The notes below the pieces were generated by a model that worked only from the letters and a program-made list of their open reading frames with translations, made no database searches and was not told the origin of the DNA. A DNA stretch of 25,678 nt from Candidatus Iainarchaeum sp. (GTDB lineage Archaea; Iainarchaeota; Iainarchaeia; Iainarchaeales; GCA-2688035): the NCBI GenBank assembly GCA_017610175.1, contig JAFCCO010000017.1, positions 1-25,678 on the forward strand. Reading direction: 5' to 3'. The translations under genes were made by a program, and so were the position numbers. Position 1 is the first letter of the stretch, and each line of letters begins with the position of its first letter. This document shows, piece after piece, positions 24,837 to 25,678 of the stretch.

Positions 24837-25678
24837 GTTATTTGCACATCATCAATGTACCAGCCAGTGTAATCATTCAGATAGTCGTCTACCGAATCAA
24901 AATAAAAGCCGATTTTTATGCTGTTGCCAGCATAGGGTGAGAGATTTATTGTCTGCTGATTCCAGCTGCCAGCTCCACCGCAAATTTCGTCAAGCTCTTG
25001 CCAGCCTCCACCGTTAACATTTATTTGGATTTTTTTCAGGTCATAGCCTCCACAGAAATCATCTTCTGTTGTATGCCAGGAATAAAAACTCAGTGTCGCA
25101 CTGCCTGCGCCGGTTAAGTCTACAGTGGGGGATTCAAGCCTTCCTGCTGTTGTTGCCCCGGTATTATATGTGCATGCGCCATCCTGCCCGTAGTACCAGC
25201 TGTGGCTTGCGCTGTTGCTGTTTCCGCAGGCATCCCCGTCATCGGTTAAGTGCCATAGTCCGGTTGTGGTCCAGCCGGTTCCGCCCGACTCGGCATCGTC
25301 AAATAAAAGCATGCAGGTGGGAAGCCCACTGCACTCTGAATCGTCACAATCTGTGTCCCCATCCTCATCATTGTCAGCCCCGTCGGAGCAATAGGTTTCA
25401 GCGGAACAATCTGCGGAACATGCCTCTCCTGAATCACATGTTGCATTCCCGCAAGAACCTGCTCCAAGGCTTCCGCTTGCTTCGAGCAGAACTGTTTTTT
25501 GCAGCCCGCTTCTCTTTTGGTAGGTTATATTTATTCCGCCAGTCAATGCGCCACTGGTTGTGGAATCAATTCCTTCAATCAGCATTTCGGCCCCAGAGTC
25601 AACAGTTGTTGGAACATCTTCGCCGTTAATTGTCATACCAGTGCTTGCAGCAAAAGAGCCTGTTCCGGCCAGAGCACT
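24833..25678 (-). CDS. Partial (5' end outside window) surface protein with Cys/Asp-rich linker and C-terminal jelly-roll (MAM/choice-of-anchor J/InhA-like) domain
   Basis: Frame is open to the window edge; C.DG.DND.DG.TDC.D..C repeat; LESPTVDL, LSFYSW, NLSPYAG, GWYIDDVQI. Confidence 0.78.
   Translation of the reverse strand, partial: SALAGTGSFAASTGMTINGEDVPTTVDSGAEMLIEGIDSTTSGALTGGINITYQKRSGLQKTVLLEASGSLGAGSCGNATCDSGEACSADCSAETYCSDGADNDEDGDTDCDDSECSGLPTCMLLFDDAESGGTGWTTTGLWHLTDDGDACGNSNSASHSWYYGQDGACTYNTGATTAGRLESPTVDLTGAGSATLSFYSWHTTEDDFCGGYDLKKIQINVNGGGWQELDEICGGAGSWNQQTINLSPYAGNSIKIGFYFDSVDDYLNDYTGWYIDDVQIT

Noticed and set aside
1-25678. CRISPR array, tRNA/rRNA, IS elements and the remaining short overlapping ORFs
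   Set aside because: No regularly spaced repeats, cloverleaf motifs, transposase or terminal inverted repeats were recognised. The other ORFs overlap better-supported genes.

Overview
Archaeal genomic DNA. Evidence: GGTGA/GAGGT Shine-Dalgarno sites, TATA-like boxes about 20-30 nt before leaderless starts, archaeal-type PGK and a geranylgeranyl reductase. Gene content suggests a DPANN lineage, possibly Iainarchaeota/Diapherotrites (inference, not verified). The left half (1-12.5 kb) is an accessory region. It holds a LAGLIDADG endonuclease remnant, membrane and Cys-rich secreted proteins, a CDP-alcohol phosphotransferase, a GT-C glycosyltransferase, an M64-like metallopeptidase coupled to a dockerin-repeat surface protein, a frameshifted DUF1554-like lipoprotein and several pseudogenes. 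The right half is metabolic: PMM/PGM, galT, bacterial-type gap, pgk, a four-subunit group 3b [NiFe] hydrogenase with a maturation-protease-like gene, and a ferredoxin-tautomerase-geranylgeranyl reductase cluster. Two signals stand out. (i) A ~1.4 kb four-slot module occurs twice, ~9.35 kb apart, with a nearly identical bidirectional promoter, paralogous basic 'MLP..KKP' genes and CxxC-x17-CxxC genes, but unrelated membrane-protein cargo. (ii) Seven otherwise mostly unrelated proteins share a Pro/Lys/Arg-rich N-terminal leader. No rRNA, tRNA, CRISPR array, transposase or reverse transcriptase was recognised. All family calls come from motif recognition by eye; no database was searched.
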